Below the pieces are notes generated by a model. It was not told where the DNA came from. It saw nothing but the letters and a program-made list of their open reading frames with translations, and ran no database searches. From contig CAZEMU010000002.1 in NCBI GenBank assembly GCA_964513315.1, forward strand, positions 1 to 63,864: a stretch of 63,864 nt of DNA, read 5' to 3'. Source of the DNA: an uncultured Acidimicrobiaceae bacterium. GTDB lineage: Bacteria; Actinomycetota; Acidimicrobiia; Acidimicrobiales; UBA10347. The first letter of the stretch is position 1. Each line of letters opens with the position of its first letter. A program made the position numbers and the translations under genes. Of this stretch, positions 31,359 through 41,437 are shown one piece after another.

Positions 31359-31374
31359 TCGCGAGTCCGCGATC

Positions 31375-32064
31375 ATGCCTGCATCGAAAACTGAGCCTGG
31401 CGAGACCCACTCCGTTGGGGTGCAAGCTGCGCCAGATAACGCACGTTTGCGGCTCGTCGCCGCGGTCGGCGCCGTCGTGCTGGTCCTGGACCAGATCACC
31501 AAGATCTGGGCAGTTGCCGCGCTCGATGACCGCATCATCGATCTGTTCTGGACGGCCCGGTTCCGTCTGATCTACAACACCGGCTCGGCGTTCTCGCTGG
31601 GCGAGGGCATCGGCCGCTGGCTGGGCATCCTGATCGCGTTCGTCGTTGTTGGCGTGCTTTGGTACGCCCGCACGTTGCCCGACCGCCGGGCTCGTTTCTT
31701 GCTCGGCATGATCGTCGGCGGAGCAATCGGCAATCTGATCGATCGGATCTTTCGGGCCGATGACGGATTCCTTTCCGGAGGCGTCGTCGACTTCATCGAC
31801 TTCCAGTGGTGGCCGGTCTTCAACATTGCCGACATCGGCGTGGTGTGTGGTGCGATCGGCCTGGCAGTCCTGTCGTTCTTCCTGCCCGAGGCTGCAGGGG
31901 CGCCGACGGGCGATGCCGACGGATCCGATGCCGAGGGATCCGATGTCGACGTATCGGATGCCGAGGGATCCGATGTCGATGACGTAGATAGTGATGTCGC
32001 CGCTGATGCTGAGGACCGCAAGAACGATGTTGAGCTCGAGGCCAGCAACGACGGCGACGAGTGA
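31375..32064 (+). CDS. lspA: lipoprotein signal peptidase II
   Basis: IYNTGSAFS, VVDFIDF..WPVFNIADI motifs, plus an acidic repeat tail. Confidence 0.9.
   Translation: MPASKTEPGETHSVGVQAAPDNARLRLVAAVGAVVLVLDQITKIWAVAALDDRIIDLFWTARFRLIYNTGSAFSLGEGIGRWLGILIAFVVVGVLWYARTLPDRRARFLLGMIVGGAIGNLIDRIFRADDGFLSGGVVDFIDFQWWPVFNIADIGVVCGAIGLAVLSFFLPEAAGAPTGDADGSDAEGSDVDVSDAEGSDVDDVDSDVAADAEDRKNDVELEASNDGDE
31922..32011 (+). repeat. 15-nt periodic tandem repeat encoding an acidic pentapeptide array in the LspA tail
   Basis: GATGCCGA(C/G)GGATCC / GATGTCGA... units. GATGCCGAGGGATCCGATGTCGA occurs exactly twice (31937 and 31967). Confidence 0.8.
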
Positions 32065-32070
32065 GGCGAC

Positions 32071-33012
32071 ATGAGTGACACGGACGGTCCCCAAGGCGTT
32101 GCAATTGACGAAGAGCTCCCCGACGCGCTCGATGGCGAACGCCTCGATCGCATCGTGTCGATGCTCGACGGCTGCTCCCGGTCCGCGGCCTCGCAGCTGA
32201 TCGAAGGCCGTTCCGTTCGAGTCGATGGTCGGGTCGTCACCCAGCGTTCGTTCCGAGTTGCGACCGGTATGCGCATCGCCTTCGCAGGCACGGTCGAGGC
32301 CGAAGTCGTGATGTTGCCTGATCCCGACGTCCCGTTCGAGGTGCTCTATAGCGACGATGACATCATCGTCGTCAACAAGCCGCCTGGCGTGGTCGTGCAT
32401 CCGGGCGCAGGCCGACCGGACAAGACGCTCGCCAACGGATTGCTCGCCCGGTTCCCCGAAATCGCCAGCGTCGGCGAAGAGATCCGACCGGGAATCGTGC
32501 ATCGCCTCGACGCCGACACGAGCGGACTGCTCGTCGTCGCCCGGTCCGCACCCGCCTATCCGGTGCTTGTTGACGCCATGTCAGCCCACCTTGTCGAGCG
32601 GGTGTACGCCGCGCTCGTCGATGGCCTTGTGGTCGATGACCGAGGTGTGGTCGACGCGCCGATCGGTCGGGCGTCGAAGCAGCGCACCAAGATGGCCGTG
32701 ACCAACGATGGCCGCTGGGCTCGCACGCACTACGAGGTCGTCGAACGCGATCACCGCAACAAGGTCACCTGGCTTCGATGTGAGCTCGAAACCGGGCGCA
32801 CCCACCAGATCCGTGTCCACCTGGCCGCTATCGGGCATCCGGTGCTCGGCGACACGGTGTACGGACCTCGGACCGGCAGCCGCGATATCGATCGCGTTGC
32901 CCTCCATGCCCATCGCTTGGGGCTGCGTCATCCGGTCACCGGCGAAGAACTCGAGTTTGAGGCGCCGCTGCCCGACGACATGGTCGCCGCCCGCAACGCT
33001 CTCTTTAGCTAG
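32071..33012 (+). CDS. rluD: RluA-family 23S rRNA pseudouridine synthase (RluD-like)
   Basis: S4-like N-terminus and the HRLDADTSGLLVVA catalytic motif. Confidence 0.9.
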   Translation: MSDTDGPQGVAIDEELPDALDGERLDRIVSMLDGCSRSAASQLIEGRSVRVDGRVVTQRSFRVATGMRIAFAGTVEAEVVMLPDPDVPFEVLYSDDDIIVVNKPPGVVVHPGAGRPDKTLANGLLARFPEIASVGEEIRPGIVHRLDADTSGLLVVARSAPAYPVLVDAMSAHLVERVYAALVDGLVVDDRGVVDAPIGRASKQRTKMAVTNDGRWARTHYEVVERDHRNKVTWLRCELETGRTHQIRVHLAAIGHPVLGDTVYGPRTGSRDIDRVALHAHRLGLRHPVTGEELEFEAPLPDDMVAARNALFS

Positions 33013-33454
33013 ACCCGGCGTCAGGCCAGGGGCGAGAGCCCGCCGTCATCGATGCGATGTCGGCCAGGCTGAACGAGTCCAGCAGCTCGCGCATTTGTGC
33101 GCCGACGTGGCCCCAGACGGCTAAGAGCACGCACTGGCCTTCGTGGTCGCAGGCCCCGTCGGTGTGTGGCTCGCCGAAGTCGCCGGCCGTGATCGGTCCG
33201 TCGACGGCGCTGACGATGTCGCTCAAGGGCAGGTCCTGAGGTTCGCGATTTAGCATGTAGCCGCCGCCAACGCCTCGCTTGGATCGCACGATGCCAGCGC
33301 CTTTGAGCGCCAACAGGATCTGCTCGAGATACGGCTGGGGAAGCCCGGTGCGTTCGGCAATGTCACGTACCGAGACGGGTTTGGTCCGGTCTTCGCGCAT
33401 GGACATCGACAAGAGGGCTCGGCAGGCGTAGTCGCCGCGGGTCGAAACGCGCAC
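33005..33454 (-). CDS. Rrf2-family transcriptional regulator
   Basis: MRVSTRGDYACRALL... wHTH (VRDIAERTGLPQPYLEQILLALKGAGIVRSKRGVGGGY). Confidence 0.88.
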   Translation of the reverse strand: MRVSTRGDYACRALLSMSMREDRTKPVSVRDIAERTGLPQPYLEQILLALKGAGIVRSKRGVGGGYMLNREPQDLPLSDIVSAVDGPITAGDFGEPHTDGACDHEGQCVLLAVWGHVGAQMRELLDSFSLADIASMTAGSRPWPDAGSS

Positions 33455-33553
33455 GTCCCTATCGTAGGTGTGCTGGCCGATCCAGACACGGCCGAACGAT
33501 CCGGTTGCGCCAGATTGGCGCGGACGGCGCCGTGATCGGCTTCACTGGTCGCA

Positions 33554-34711
33554 ATGCATGCAAGCGACGGGCCGACCGGGCTCAGCCTCGACGAGGGCAC
33601 CGCGACCGTCGGAAAGCCGTGGGGCGATGGCGAAGAGTTCGTGCTGCCGGACTACGACGCAGGCTGCATCTCGAACATCGTTCCGGCGCTGCTCGAGTAT
33701 CCGCCGCTCGGCGATGGCTGGATGCCGCCCGGTGTCGCTGAGGCCGAACAAGTCGTCCTGCTGGTCATCGACGGGCTTGGCTGGCATCAACTGCAGGAAC
33801 GCACCGAACTCGCGCCAACGTTGGCCGGCGCAACCGGGGGACCGATCACCACGGTGGCTCCGTCAACGACGGCCGCGGCGCTGTCCTCGATCACGACCGG
33901 CGTTCCGCCCGGCGAGCACGGCGTGGTCGGTTACAAGATTCGTGTCGGCGGCCAGACGCTGAACACGCTGCGCTGGAGCACCGGGACAGGCGACGCCCGC
34001 AAATCGATCCCGCCTCGGGACATCCAGCAAGTGCCCGCGTTCGGCGGTCGGGCACCCGTGGTCGTGAACAAGGCCGAGTTCGTGGGCTCGGGATTCACAA
34101 CCGCTCACCTCGACGGCGTCGACTATCGGTCCTACGGCACGATGGCGACGCTGGTGTGGGAGATCGAGCGAGCGGTCACAGCGGGGGAGCGCTTTGTCTA
34201 CGGCTACTACGACGGGCTGGACCGGGTCGGTCATGAACGAGGCCACCAGGGTGCCTTCGACGCCGAGTTCGTGTTCGTCGACCGTCTCGTTGCCGATGTA
34301 AGGGCGGCAGTGCCCGACGACGTGGTCGTACTGGTCACCGCCGACCATGGCCAGGTCGACACGGCTGGGATGACACGTTCGATCGACGAAGCCGTGATGC
34401 GCACAACAACGGCGGTCTCGGGCGAGGACCGCTTCGTCTGGCTGCACGGGCCCGATGCTGACGAGATCGCCCGAGTCGCTCGAGATCACCATGGAAACGA
34501 TTTCCTCGTCGCGACCCGCGACGAACTGATCGACCGGGGGGTCTTTGGCCGTCGAGTCGCTCCTGACGCACTCGAACGTCTTGGCGACGTCGCGCTGCTG
34601 GCCCGAGGCTGCGCAGCGCTGCTGGACCCCACCGGACGCACGCCGAACCTGCTTGGACGCCACGGTTCACTCACGCCAGCAGAGATGCACGTCCCGCTCT
34701 TGTCCGTTTGA
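33554..34711 (+). CDS. alkaline-phosphatase-superfamily protein (nucleotide pyrophosphatase/phosphodiesterase-like)
   Basis: VIDGLGWHQL, PSTTAAALSSITTG, YYDGLDRVGHE, TADHGQVD, GRHGSLTPAEMHVPL motifs. Confidence 0.8.
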   Translation: MHASDGPTGLSLDEGTATVGKPWGDGEEFVLPDYDAGCISNIVPALLEYPPLGDGWMPPGVAEAEQVVLLVIDGLGWHQLQERTELAPTLAGATGGPITTVAPSTTAAALSSITTGVPPGEHGVVGYKIRVGGQTLNTLRWSTGTGDARKSIPPRDIQQVPAFGGRAPVVVNKAEFVGSGFTTAHLDGVDYRSYGTMATLVWEIERAVTAGERFVYGYYDGLDRVGHERGHQGAFDAEFVFVDRLVADVRAAVPDDVVVLVTADHGQVDTAGMTRSIDEAVMRTTTAVSGEDRFVWLHGPDADEIARVARDHHGNDFLVATRDELIDRGVFGRRVAPDALERLGDVALLARGCAALLDPTGRTPNLLGRHGSLTPAEMHVPLLSV

Positions 34712-34752
34712 GTCGCCGCTAGCCTCGTCTCTCGGTACGGACAGGAGCGGCG

Positions 34753-35301
34753 ATGAGCGACGACGGCACAACCGACACCAGCGACCCAGGCGAAACTGGC
34801 ACCGAAGCCACGGTCGATACACCCACGGTCGAGACCGCAGAACTCGTCGACGACGGCGGCGCTGGTTCGCCCGACGCTCCCGTCCGCAGCGGCGAGTCGA
34901 TCGAACAACCGGCCAAGGTCATGCGTGTCGGCGCCATGATGCGCACCCTGCTCGAGCAGGTCCGCGAAATCGACCTTGACCAGCCGAGCCGCGAACGCAT
35001 GCGCGACATCTATGAGCAGTCGATCACCGAGCTCGGCAGCGCACTGTCGCCCGAACTCCACGATGAGCTGCTGCGTCTGAGCCTGCCGTTCTCCGACGCA
35101 GAGACGCCGAGCGAGGCCGAACTGGCGGTCGCGAAGGCCCAGCTCGTGGGCTGGCTCGAAGGCCTGATCCAGGGCATTCAAGCGACACTGTTCGCCCAAC
35201 AGATGGCCGCCCAACAACAACTCGCCACCGTCCGAGGCGGCCTCCCCGCCGGCCAAGCCCCACCCGCCAACGAACCTCCTCCCACGGGTACCTACCTCTA
35301 G
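34753..35301 (+). CDS. bpa: bacterial proteasome activator Bpa/PafE family (DUF2587)
   Basis: EQPAKVMRVGAMMRTLLEQVRE..., AQLVGWLEGLIQGIQATLFAQQMAAQQQL and a C-terminal GTYL, from my recollection of M. tuberculosis Rv3780, which ends in GQYL. Confidence 0.8.
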   Translation: MSDDGTTDTSDPGETGTEATVDTPTVETAELVDDGGAGSPDAPVRSGESIEQPAKVMRVGAMMRTLLEQVREIDLDQPSRERMRDIYEQSITELGSALSPELHDELLRLSLPFSDAETPSEAELAVAKAQLVGWLEGLIQGIQATLFAQQMAAQQQLATVRGGLPAGQAPPANEPPPTGTYL

Positions 35302-35435
35302 GGCTTTTGCGCGTTCCGGGTGTGGGGTGGGTGACGACGCTCGTGAGTCGGTATGCCCCACCTCCCTCCCGTTCGGTGGTGACTTGCTGCTAGGTTCCGA
35401 ATGACACGCCAGTAATTTGCTCCCAAGGCTTCCTC

Positions 35436-38400
35436 ATGGTCGATTCGTTCGCGCACCTTCACGTTCACACTGAGTTCTCGATGCTCGACGGTGCGTCTCG
35501 AGTAGGGGAGTTGGCCGCTGCTGCGGCCGCCGACGGACAGCCCGCGTTGGCGATGACCGACCACGGCAACATGTACGGCGTCCTCGACTTCTACCGGTCG
35601 TGCAAGGACGAGGGCGTCAAGCCGATCATCGGTATCGAGGCCTACATGGCCCACGACCACCGCAGCGAGCGGCCCAAGCGTCGCGGCAAGCTGGATGACT
35701 CGGGCGGTGACACGCAGAGCGGCGCCAAGCTCTACTACCACCTCATCCTGTTGGCCGAGAACCAGACGGGTTACAAGAACCTCATCCAGCTGTCGAGCCG
35801 CTCATTCCTCGAGGGCTACTACTACAAGCCCCGGGTCGACTGGGAGCTGCTCGAGCGCTACTCCGAGGGCGTCATCGCCACCACTGGTTGCCTCGGTGGC
35901 CATGTTCTCCAGGACCTCATGCGCGGCGACACGGATTTGGCTCGAGCCAAGGCCGGCAAGCTGCAGGACATCTTCGGTCGGGACAACCTGTTCATCGAGA
36001 TCCAAGACCACGGCATCGGCGCCCAGCATCAGACAAATCCGCAGCTGTTAGAGATCGCCAAATACATCGGCGCACCGCTGCTCGCGACCAACGACTGCCA
36101 CTACACCCACCAGCATCAGCACGACGCCCACGACGCCCTCCTGTGCGTCCAGACCGGTTCGCTCATGAGCGATCCCGATCGATTCAAGTTCGAAGGCACC
36201 GACCACTATCTGAAGTCGTCCGCAGAGATGCGCCACCTCTTCAACCACGTGCCCCAGGCCTGCGACAACACGCTGTGGATCGCAGAACGGTGCGAGCTTG
36301 AGATCGAGTTCGGTGACCCGAAGCTGCCAACGTTCCCGTTGCCCGAGGGCTTCGACAGCGACACCGAGTACCTCAAGCACCTCACGTTCGAGGGCGCACG
36401 CAAGCGTTGGGGCGACAACCTGTCCGCCGACGTCGTCGACCGGCTCAACTTCGAGCTCAAGGTCATCGACGACATGGGGTTCTCGGCGTACTTCCTCATC
36501 ACGGGTGACCTGATCGACCACGCCCGCGCCAAGAACATTCGCGTCGGCCCGGGTCGTGGCTCGGCCGCCGGCTGCGCGGTGGCCTACACCCTCTGGATCA
36601 CCGACCTTGACCCGATCAAGTACGACCTGCTGTTCGAGCGCTTCTTGAACCCCGGACGCAAGTCGATGCCCGATATCGATATGGACTTCGACTCGCGCTA
36701 CCGAGACGAGATGATCCGCTATTGCTCCGAGCGTTATGGCCGCGAGCACGTAGCCCAGATTGTCACCTTCTCGACGATCAAGGCTCGAGCTGCCGTGCGA
36801 GATGCCGCTCGCGTGCTCGGCCATCCCTACGCCGTGGGCGACCGTGTCGCCAAGCTCATGCCGCCGCTCGTGATGGGTCGTGACACACCGCTCTACGCCT
36901 GCTTCGAAGAACATCCCAAGTACGCCGACGGCTACGGCATGGCCAAAGAACTGCGCCAGCTCTATGCCGCCGATCCCGAGGTCAAAGAGGTCGTCGACGT
37001 CGCCCGAGGCCTCGAAGGTCTCCGTCGCTCCGACGGCATCCACGCCGCCGCCGTAGTGATTACCGACGAGCCGCTCACCGAGTACCTGCCGATTCAGCGC
37101 AAGCCCGAATCGGGTCAGGACCCCGACGAGGCACCGGTCGTCACGCAGTACGAGATGGGCCCGGTCGAAGACCTCGGCCTGCTCAAGATGGACTTCCTCG
37201 GTCTGCGCAACCTCGACGTCATCAGCGACACGCTCGAGATGATCGAGAAGACACAGGGCATCACCGTCGATATCGACAACGTCGACCTCGAAGACTTGGC
37301 AACGTATGAGCTGCTCCAGCGCGGCGACACCATTGGCGTGTTCCAGCTCGAATCTTCGCCAATGCGCGCGCTCATGCGCTCGCTCGCTCCGACGACCTTT
37401 GACGACGTCGCCGCACTCGTCGCCTTGTACCGACCCGGTCCAATGGCGATGAACATGCACAACGACTACGCGGACCGCAAGAACGGCCGTAAGCCGATCG
37501 AGCTGCTGCATGACGACGCGGCAGAGATCCTGTCCGGCACGTACGGACTCATGATCTACCAAGAGTCCATGATGCGTGTCGCTCAGAAGTTCGCCGGCTA
37601 CTCGCTCGAAGAGGCCGACAACCTACGCAAGGCCTGCGGCAAGAAAATCCGCGAGGTTATGGCCAAGGAAAAGGCCGGCTTCGTCGAAGGCTGCGAGAAG
37701 ACTGGCTACGGCACAGCCGTCGGCGAGACCTGGTGGGAGGTCATCGAACCGTTCGCTGACTACGCCTTTAACAAGAGCCACAGCTACGGCTACGGCTTCG
37801 TTGCGTTCCAGATCGCCTACCTCAAGGCGCACTATCCGGTCGAATACCTCGCCTGCCTGCTGACGAGCGTCAAGAGCAGCCTGGACAAGGCCGCCGGCTA
37901 CCTCCACGAATGCCGCATGATCGGCATCCCGGTCGAGGTCCCCGACGTCAACCAAGCCGAGATGAACTTCACGGCTGCGCTCAGCGCAGAGACCGGCAAG
38001 CCCGACCGGATCATCTTCGGTCTGTCTGCAGTCCGTGGTGTCGGCGAAGGCCTCGTGGCCCTCCTCGTCGAAGAACGCAACGCCAACGGGCCCTTCATCG
38101 ACTTCTACGACTTCTGCGAACGTGTCGATCCGTCGGTGCTGAACAAGCGCACCATCGAAGCGCTTATCAAGGCCGGTGGCTTCGATGCCATGGGCTACGG
38201 GCGCAAGGGCCTGCTGCAGGTCTTCGAAACAATCATCGATCTCACGCTCGCCCGTCGCCGTGAACGCGACATGGGTATCCAAACCCTGTTCGGCGACTCG
38301 CCCGAGCAGACGGGCTTCGAAGAACGCCCGTCGGTCCCAGACCTGTACTTCGACAAGTCGCCTCGCCTTGCTTTCGAAAAGGAAATGCTCGGCCTGTACG

Positions 38401-38966
38401 TGAGCGACCACCCGCTCATGGGCATCGAGGCCGCGCTGCAACGCAAGAGCGACTGTTCAGTCGCTGCGCTCAAGGAACTCAACGACGGAGACTTCCGCTG
38501 CGTCGGCGGCGTGATCACGAATCTGCAGCGCAAGTTCACCCGCAAGCAAGACCTGATGGCCGTGCTTGAGCTCGAAGACCTCGAAGGCTCGATCGAAGTC
38601 ATGGTCTTCCCACGAGCGATGGAGAAGTTCGGGCACACGCTTCGCGACGATGCCGTTGTGCTCATCCGTGGCCGGGTCAAGGCCGACGATGACGAACGCA
38701 AACTGATCGCGAACGAGGTCGAGATCTTCGAAGCGCCTGAGCGCCAGTCTGCACTCAAGGTCAAGCTGACGGCCCGCTCACTTGAGCAGCGCCGCCTCGA
38801 TGAGCTCAAAGAAGTCCTGCTACGCCACCCCGGCGAATCCGACGTGCTCGTCGAGCTCGGACCACGCACCGTCGTGCAGCTTTCGAACCGGTTCGCCGTC
38901 ACGCCTGCTCCCGCGCTGATGGGCGAACTGACCGTGCTGCTCGGCCCCGAAGCCGTCTCGCTCTGA
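35436..38966 (+). CDS. dnaE: DNA polymerase III alpha subunit
   Basis: PHP domain HLHVHTEFSMLDG, 1176 aa, DnaE1 layout. Confidence 0.97.
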   Translation: MVDSFAHLHVHTEFSMLDGASRVGELAAAAAADGQPALAMTDHGNMYGVLDFYRSCKDEGVKPIIGIEAYMAHDHRSERPKRRGKLDDSGGDTQSGAKLYYHLILLAENQTGYKNLIQLSSRSFLEGYYYKPRVDWELLERYSEGVIATTGCLGGHVLQDLMRGDTDLARAKAGKLQDIFGRDNLFIEIQDHGIGAQHQTNPQLLEIAKYIGAPLLATNDCHYTHQHQHDAHDALLCVQTGSLMSDPDRFKFEGTDHYLKSSAEMRHLFNHVPQACDNTLWIAERCELEIEFGDPKLPTFPLPEGFDSDTEYLKHLTFEGARKRWGDNLSADVVDRLNFELKVIDDMGFSAYFLITGDLIDHARAKNIRVGPGRGSAAGCAVAYTLWITDLDPIKYDLLFERFLNPGRKSMPDIDMDFDSRYRDEMIRYCSERYGREHVAQIVTFSTIKARAAVRDAARVLGHPYAVGDRVAKLMPPLVMGRDTPLYACFEEHPKYADGYGMAKELRQLYAADPEVKEVVDVARGLEGLRRSDGIHAAAVVITDEPLTEYLPIQRKPESGQDPDEAPVVTQYEMGPVEDLGLLKMDFLGLRNLDVISDTLEMIEKTQGITVDIDNVDLEDLATYELLQRGDTIGVFQLESSPMRALMRSLAPTTFDDVAALVALYRPGPMAMNMHNDYADRKNGRKPIELLHDDAAEILSGTYGLMIYQESMMRVAQKFAGYSLEEADNLRKACGKKIREVMAKEKAGFVEGCEKTGYGTAVGETWWEVIEPFADYAFNKSHSYGYGFVAFQIAYLKAHYPVEYLACLLTSVKSSLDKAAGYLHECRMIGIPVEVPDVNQAEMNFTAALSAETGKPDRIIFGLSAVRGVGEGLVALLVEERNANGPFIDFYDFCERVDPSVLNKRTIEALIKAGGFDAMGYGRKGLLQVFETIIDLTLARRRERDMGIQTLFGDSPEQTGFEERPSVPDLYFDKSPRLAFEKEMLGLYVSDHPLMGIEAALQRKSDCSVAALKELNDGDFRCVGGVITNLQRKFTRKQDLMAVLELEDLEGSIEVMVFPRAMEKFGHTLRDDAVVLIRGRVKADDDERKLIANEVEIFEAPERQSALKVKLTARSLEQRRLDELKEVLLRHPGESDVLVELGPRTVVQLSNRFAVTPAPALMGELTVLLGPEAVSL

Positions 38967-39095
38967 CCCCGTTCGCGTGCCGTTCACGGCGCGACCCGGC
39001 AGGTCGAGTTGTCGTTGGCCCCGCGACCTGAGACAATCGAAGCGGAACATCCGGCTTGTCCGGGTGGGGGAAACGTCTCTGGGGGCTGAGAAAAC

Positions 39096-39767
39096 ATGGC
39101 GCTTGAAGTCACGACGCAGGATTGCACTGCGGTCACCGACGCCGAACTTGAAGAGATGGCGGATCTGGTGGCCGAAGGGCCGAACCCGTTCTCCGTCGGA
39201 CTCTTGTCGAAGCAAACCGAGCTCTGGGTGCTCAGCACCACGGCTCGCGAGAACGGCAAGCTGCGCGGCTACACGTTCGGCACGCTCGAACGGATCGGCG
39301 GCACCCCGTCGGTGCTGATCGGCCTCGGCGCGGTCATCAACAACGGCAAGCGGGCAACCGTGATGCGGGGGCTCATGAACGAGCTCTACCACCGTGCGCT
39401 GATGGCGTTCCCCGACGAAGACGTGCTCTTCGGCGCCCAGTTCAATGACCCTTCGGGCTTCGACGCCTACAAGGAACTGGCCGACCACATTCCTCGCCCC
39501 GACTACAAGCCGAATGGCGAAGAGCGGGCCTGGGGCCGTCGCTTGGCCAAGCGCTTCCAGATCGGCAACAGCCGCTACGACGACCGCTCGTTCAAGGTCA
39601 CCGGCAACGGCGATCAAGCAACGGTGTTCGACTACACCAGCCTCGACCCCGAGTCGCTCAATGCCGATGTCGTGGCGATGTTCGCCGACATCGACGCATC
39701 CAAGGGCGATGCAATGGTCGCGCACGGCTGGGTCGCTCCTGAGCGCCTCGCCAAGCTCGGCAGCTGA
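39096..39767 (+). CDS. hypothetical protein
   Basis: Balanced, protein-like composition, unlike the Arg/Gly/Val-rich antisense ORF 38820..39725. No family recognised. Confidence 0.6.
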   Translation: MALEVTTQDCTAVTDAELEEMADLVAEGPNPFSVGLLSKQTELWVLSTTARENGKLRGYTFGTLERIGGTPSVLIGLGAVINNGKRATVMRGLMNELYHRALMAFPDEDVLFGAQFNDPSGFDAYKELADHIPRPDYKPNGEERAWGRRLAKRFQIGNSRYDDRSFKVTGNGDQATVFDYTSLDPESLNADVVAMFADIDASKGDAMVAHGWVAPERLAKLGS

Positions 39768-39798
39768 TCACGCTCGCATCCCGCCCGACCCGAACCGG

Positions 39799-40452
39799 GT
39801 GGGCGGGCTCAAGGCAGCTGTGAACGAATCCTCGTCGTCACTTGACGAAGCTGGATTCGTCGCGACTGTGCGCGCCCGTCGGATGGTGCGCAACTATCGA
39901 ACGGATCCGGTTGCGCCCGAGCTGCTCGATGGGTTGCTCGACTTGGCGCGCCGTGCCCCATCGGCGGGCAATACAGCTGGCACCCACTTTGTGGTGCTCG
40001 AAGGGCCTGAGCAGACCAGCCGGTACTGGGATACGACCCTGCCGGCAGAACGTCGGCAGGACTTTCCGTGGCCTGGCTTGTTGTCTGCCCCGGTGCTCGT
40101 GCTTCCATGCGGCGATGCCGACGCCTACGTCACCCGATACGCCCAGCCCGACAAGGCCCGGACCGGACTCGGCGAAGGGGCAGATGCGTGGGGGATCCCG
40201 TACTGGCATGTCGATACGGCGATGGCCACGATGACGTTGCTGCACGCCGCCGTCGCCGCGGGACTGGGTGCCCTGTTCTTCGGGATCTTCGACAACGAGG
40301 CAGCGATCTGCGCGGAACTTGGCATCCCCGAATCGGTTCGACCGATCGGCACGGTTGCCCTCGGCTATCCCGCCGATGACCAGCGCACGAGCTTGTCGGC
40401 CCAACGTGGTCGACCACCGCTGAGCGAACAGGTGCATCGAGGTCGCTGGTGA
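39799..40452 (+). CDS. nitroreductase-family protein
   Basis: RRMVRNYRTDPV, APSAGNTAG.HFVVL, ALGYPA motifs. Start uncertain: GTG 39799 or 39820. Confidence 0.8.
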   Translation: MGGLKAAVNESSSSLDEAGFVATVRARRMVRNYRTDPVAPELLDGLLDLARRAPSAGNTAGTHFVVLEGPEQTSRYWDTTLPAERRQDFPWPGLLSAPVLVLPCGDADAYVTRYAQPDKARTGLGEGADAWGIPYWHVDTAMATMTLLHAAVAAGLGALFFGIFDNEAAICAELGIPESVRPIGTVALGYPADDQRTSLSAQRGRPPLSEQVHRGRW

Positions 40453-41333
40453 CGACGTTCGGACAGTGGGTCGCTGGTGCCCGCCCCAAGACGCTTCCCG
40501 CAGGAGCGGTTCCGGTTGCGGTCGGAACCGCAGCTGCTGTGGATCCCGCGCTCGGTTGGGACGGCGGAACGATCTGGTGGCGAGCGATCGCAGCGCTCAT
40601 CGTGGCGCTCGCCTTGCAGATCGCGACGAACTACGCAAACGACTACAGCGACGGCATCCGAGGCACCGACGACGACCGAACCGGCCCGTTGCGGCTGGTC
40701 GGCTCCGGTGTCGCTCCAGCCCGCTCCGTCAAGATGATGGCGCTCGCCTGGTTCGGTGTCGCTGGCCTCGCCGGCTTGCTCCTTGCCCTCGCAGTCGGCT
40801 GGGAGCTCTTTGTCGTCGGCGCGATCTCGATGCTCGCCGGCTGGTTCTACACCGGTGGGAGCAACCCCTACGGCTACCTCGGGCTCGGCGAAGTCTTCGT
40901 GTTCGTCTTCTTCGGACTGACCGCGACGGTGTTCTCGGCCTACGTGCAACCGGGCGGCTGGTCGGCAACCGCATGGTTGGCCGCCGTCGCCGTTGGCTGT
41001 CTTGCTACGGCGTTGATGGTGACGAACAATCTGCGTGACATCCCGACCGATGCGGCCTCGGACAAGAACACTCTGGCGGTGCAGTTGGGCGACGCGAACA
41101 CACGCCGCTTCTACGCTCTGCTGCTCGTGCTGCCGTTCGTCCTGGTGCTCGTCATGGCCTTGGACCGTCCCTGGGCGCTCTTGGCACTCCTGGCCGTTCC
41201 CGCAGCTGTCCTGGCGTTGAAGCCGGTTCGATCAGGAGCGGTTGGACGTGACCTGATCCCGGTGCTCGAGGCAACCGGCCGTACACAGCTGATCTACGGC
41301 GTGCTGCTCACGATCGGCCTCTGGATCGGCTGA
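40449..41333 (+). CDS. menA: 1,4-dihydroxy-2-naphthoate polyprenyltransferase
   Basis: UbiA-family NYANDYSDGIRGTDDDR motif, polytopic profile. GTGA overlap with the upstream gene. Confidence 0.88.
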   Translation: MTTFGQWVAGARPKTLPAGAVPVAVGTAAAVDPALGWDGGTIWWRAIAALIVALALQIATNYANDYSDGIRGTDDDRTGPLRLVGSGVAPARSVKMMALAWFGVAGLAGLLLALAVGWELFVVGAISMLAGWFYTGGSNPYGYLGLGEVFVFVFFGLTATVFSAYVQPGGWSATAWLAAVAVGCLATALMVTNNLRDIPTDAASDKNTLAVQLGDANTRRFYALLLVLPFVLVLVMALDRPWALLALLAVPAAVLALKPVRSGAVGRDLIPVLEATGRTQLIYGVLLTIGLWIG

Positions 41334-41437
41334 CGATCCAAACGATCTACGGATTGGACGCTTCGGTCTGCTCCGAGCAGAGTTGACGGATCCGGGAACC
41401 CAAGAGCCCAGCGACCTCGGCTTGATAGACTGACTGG

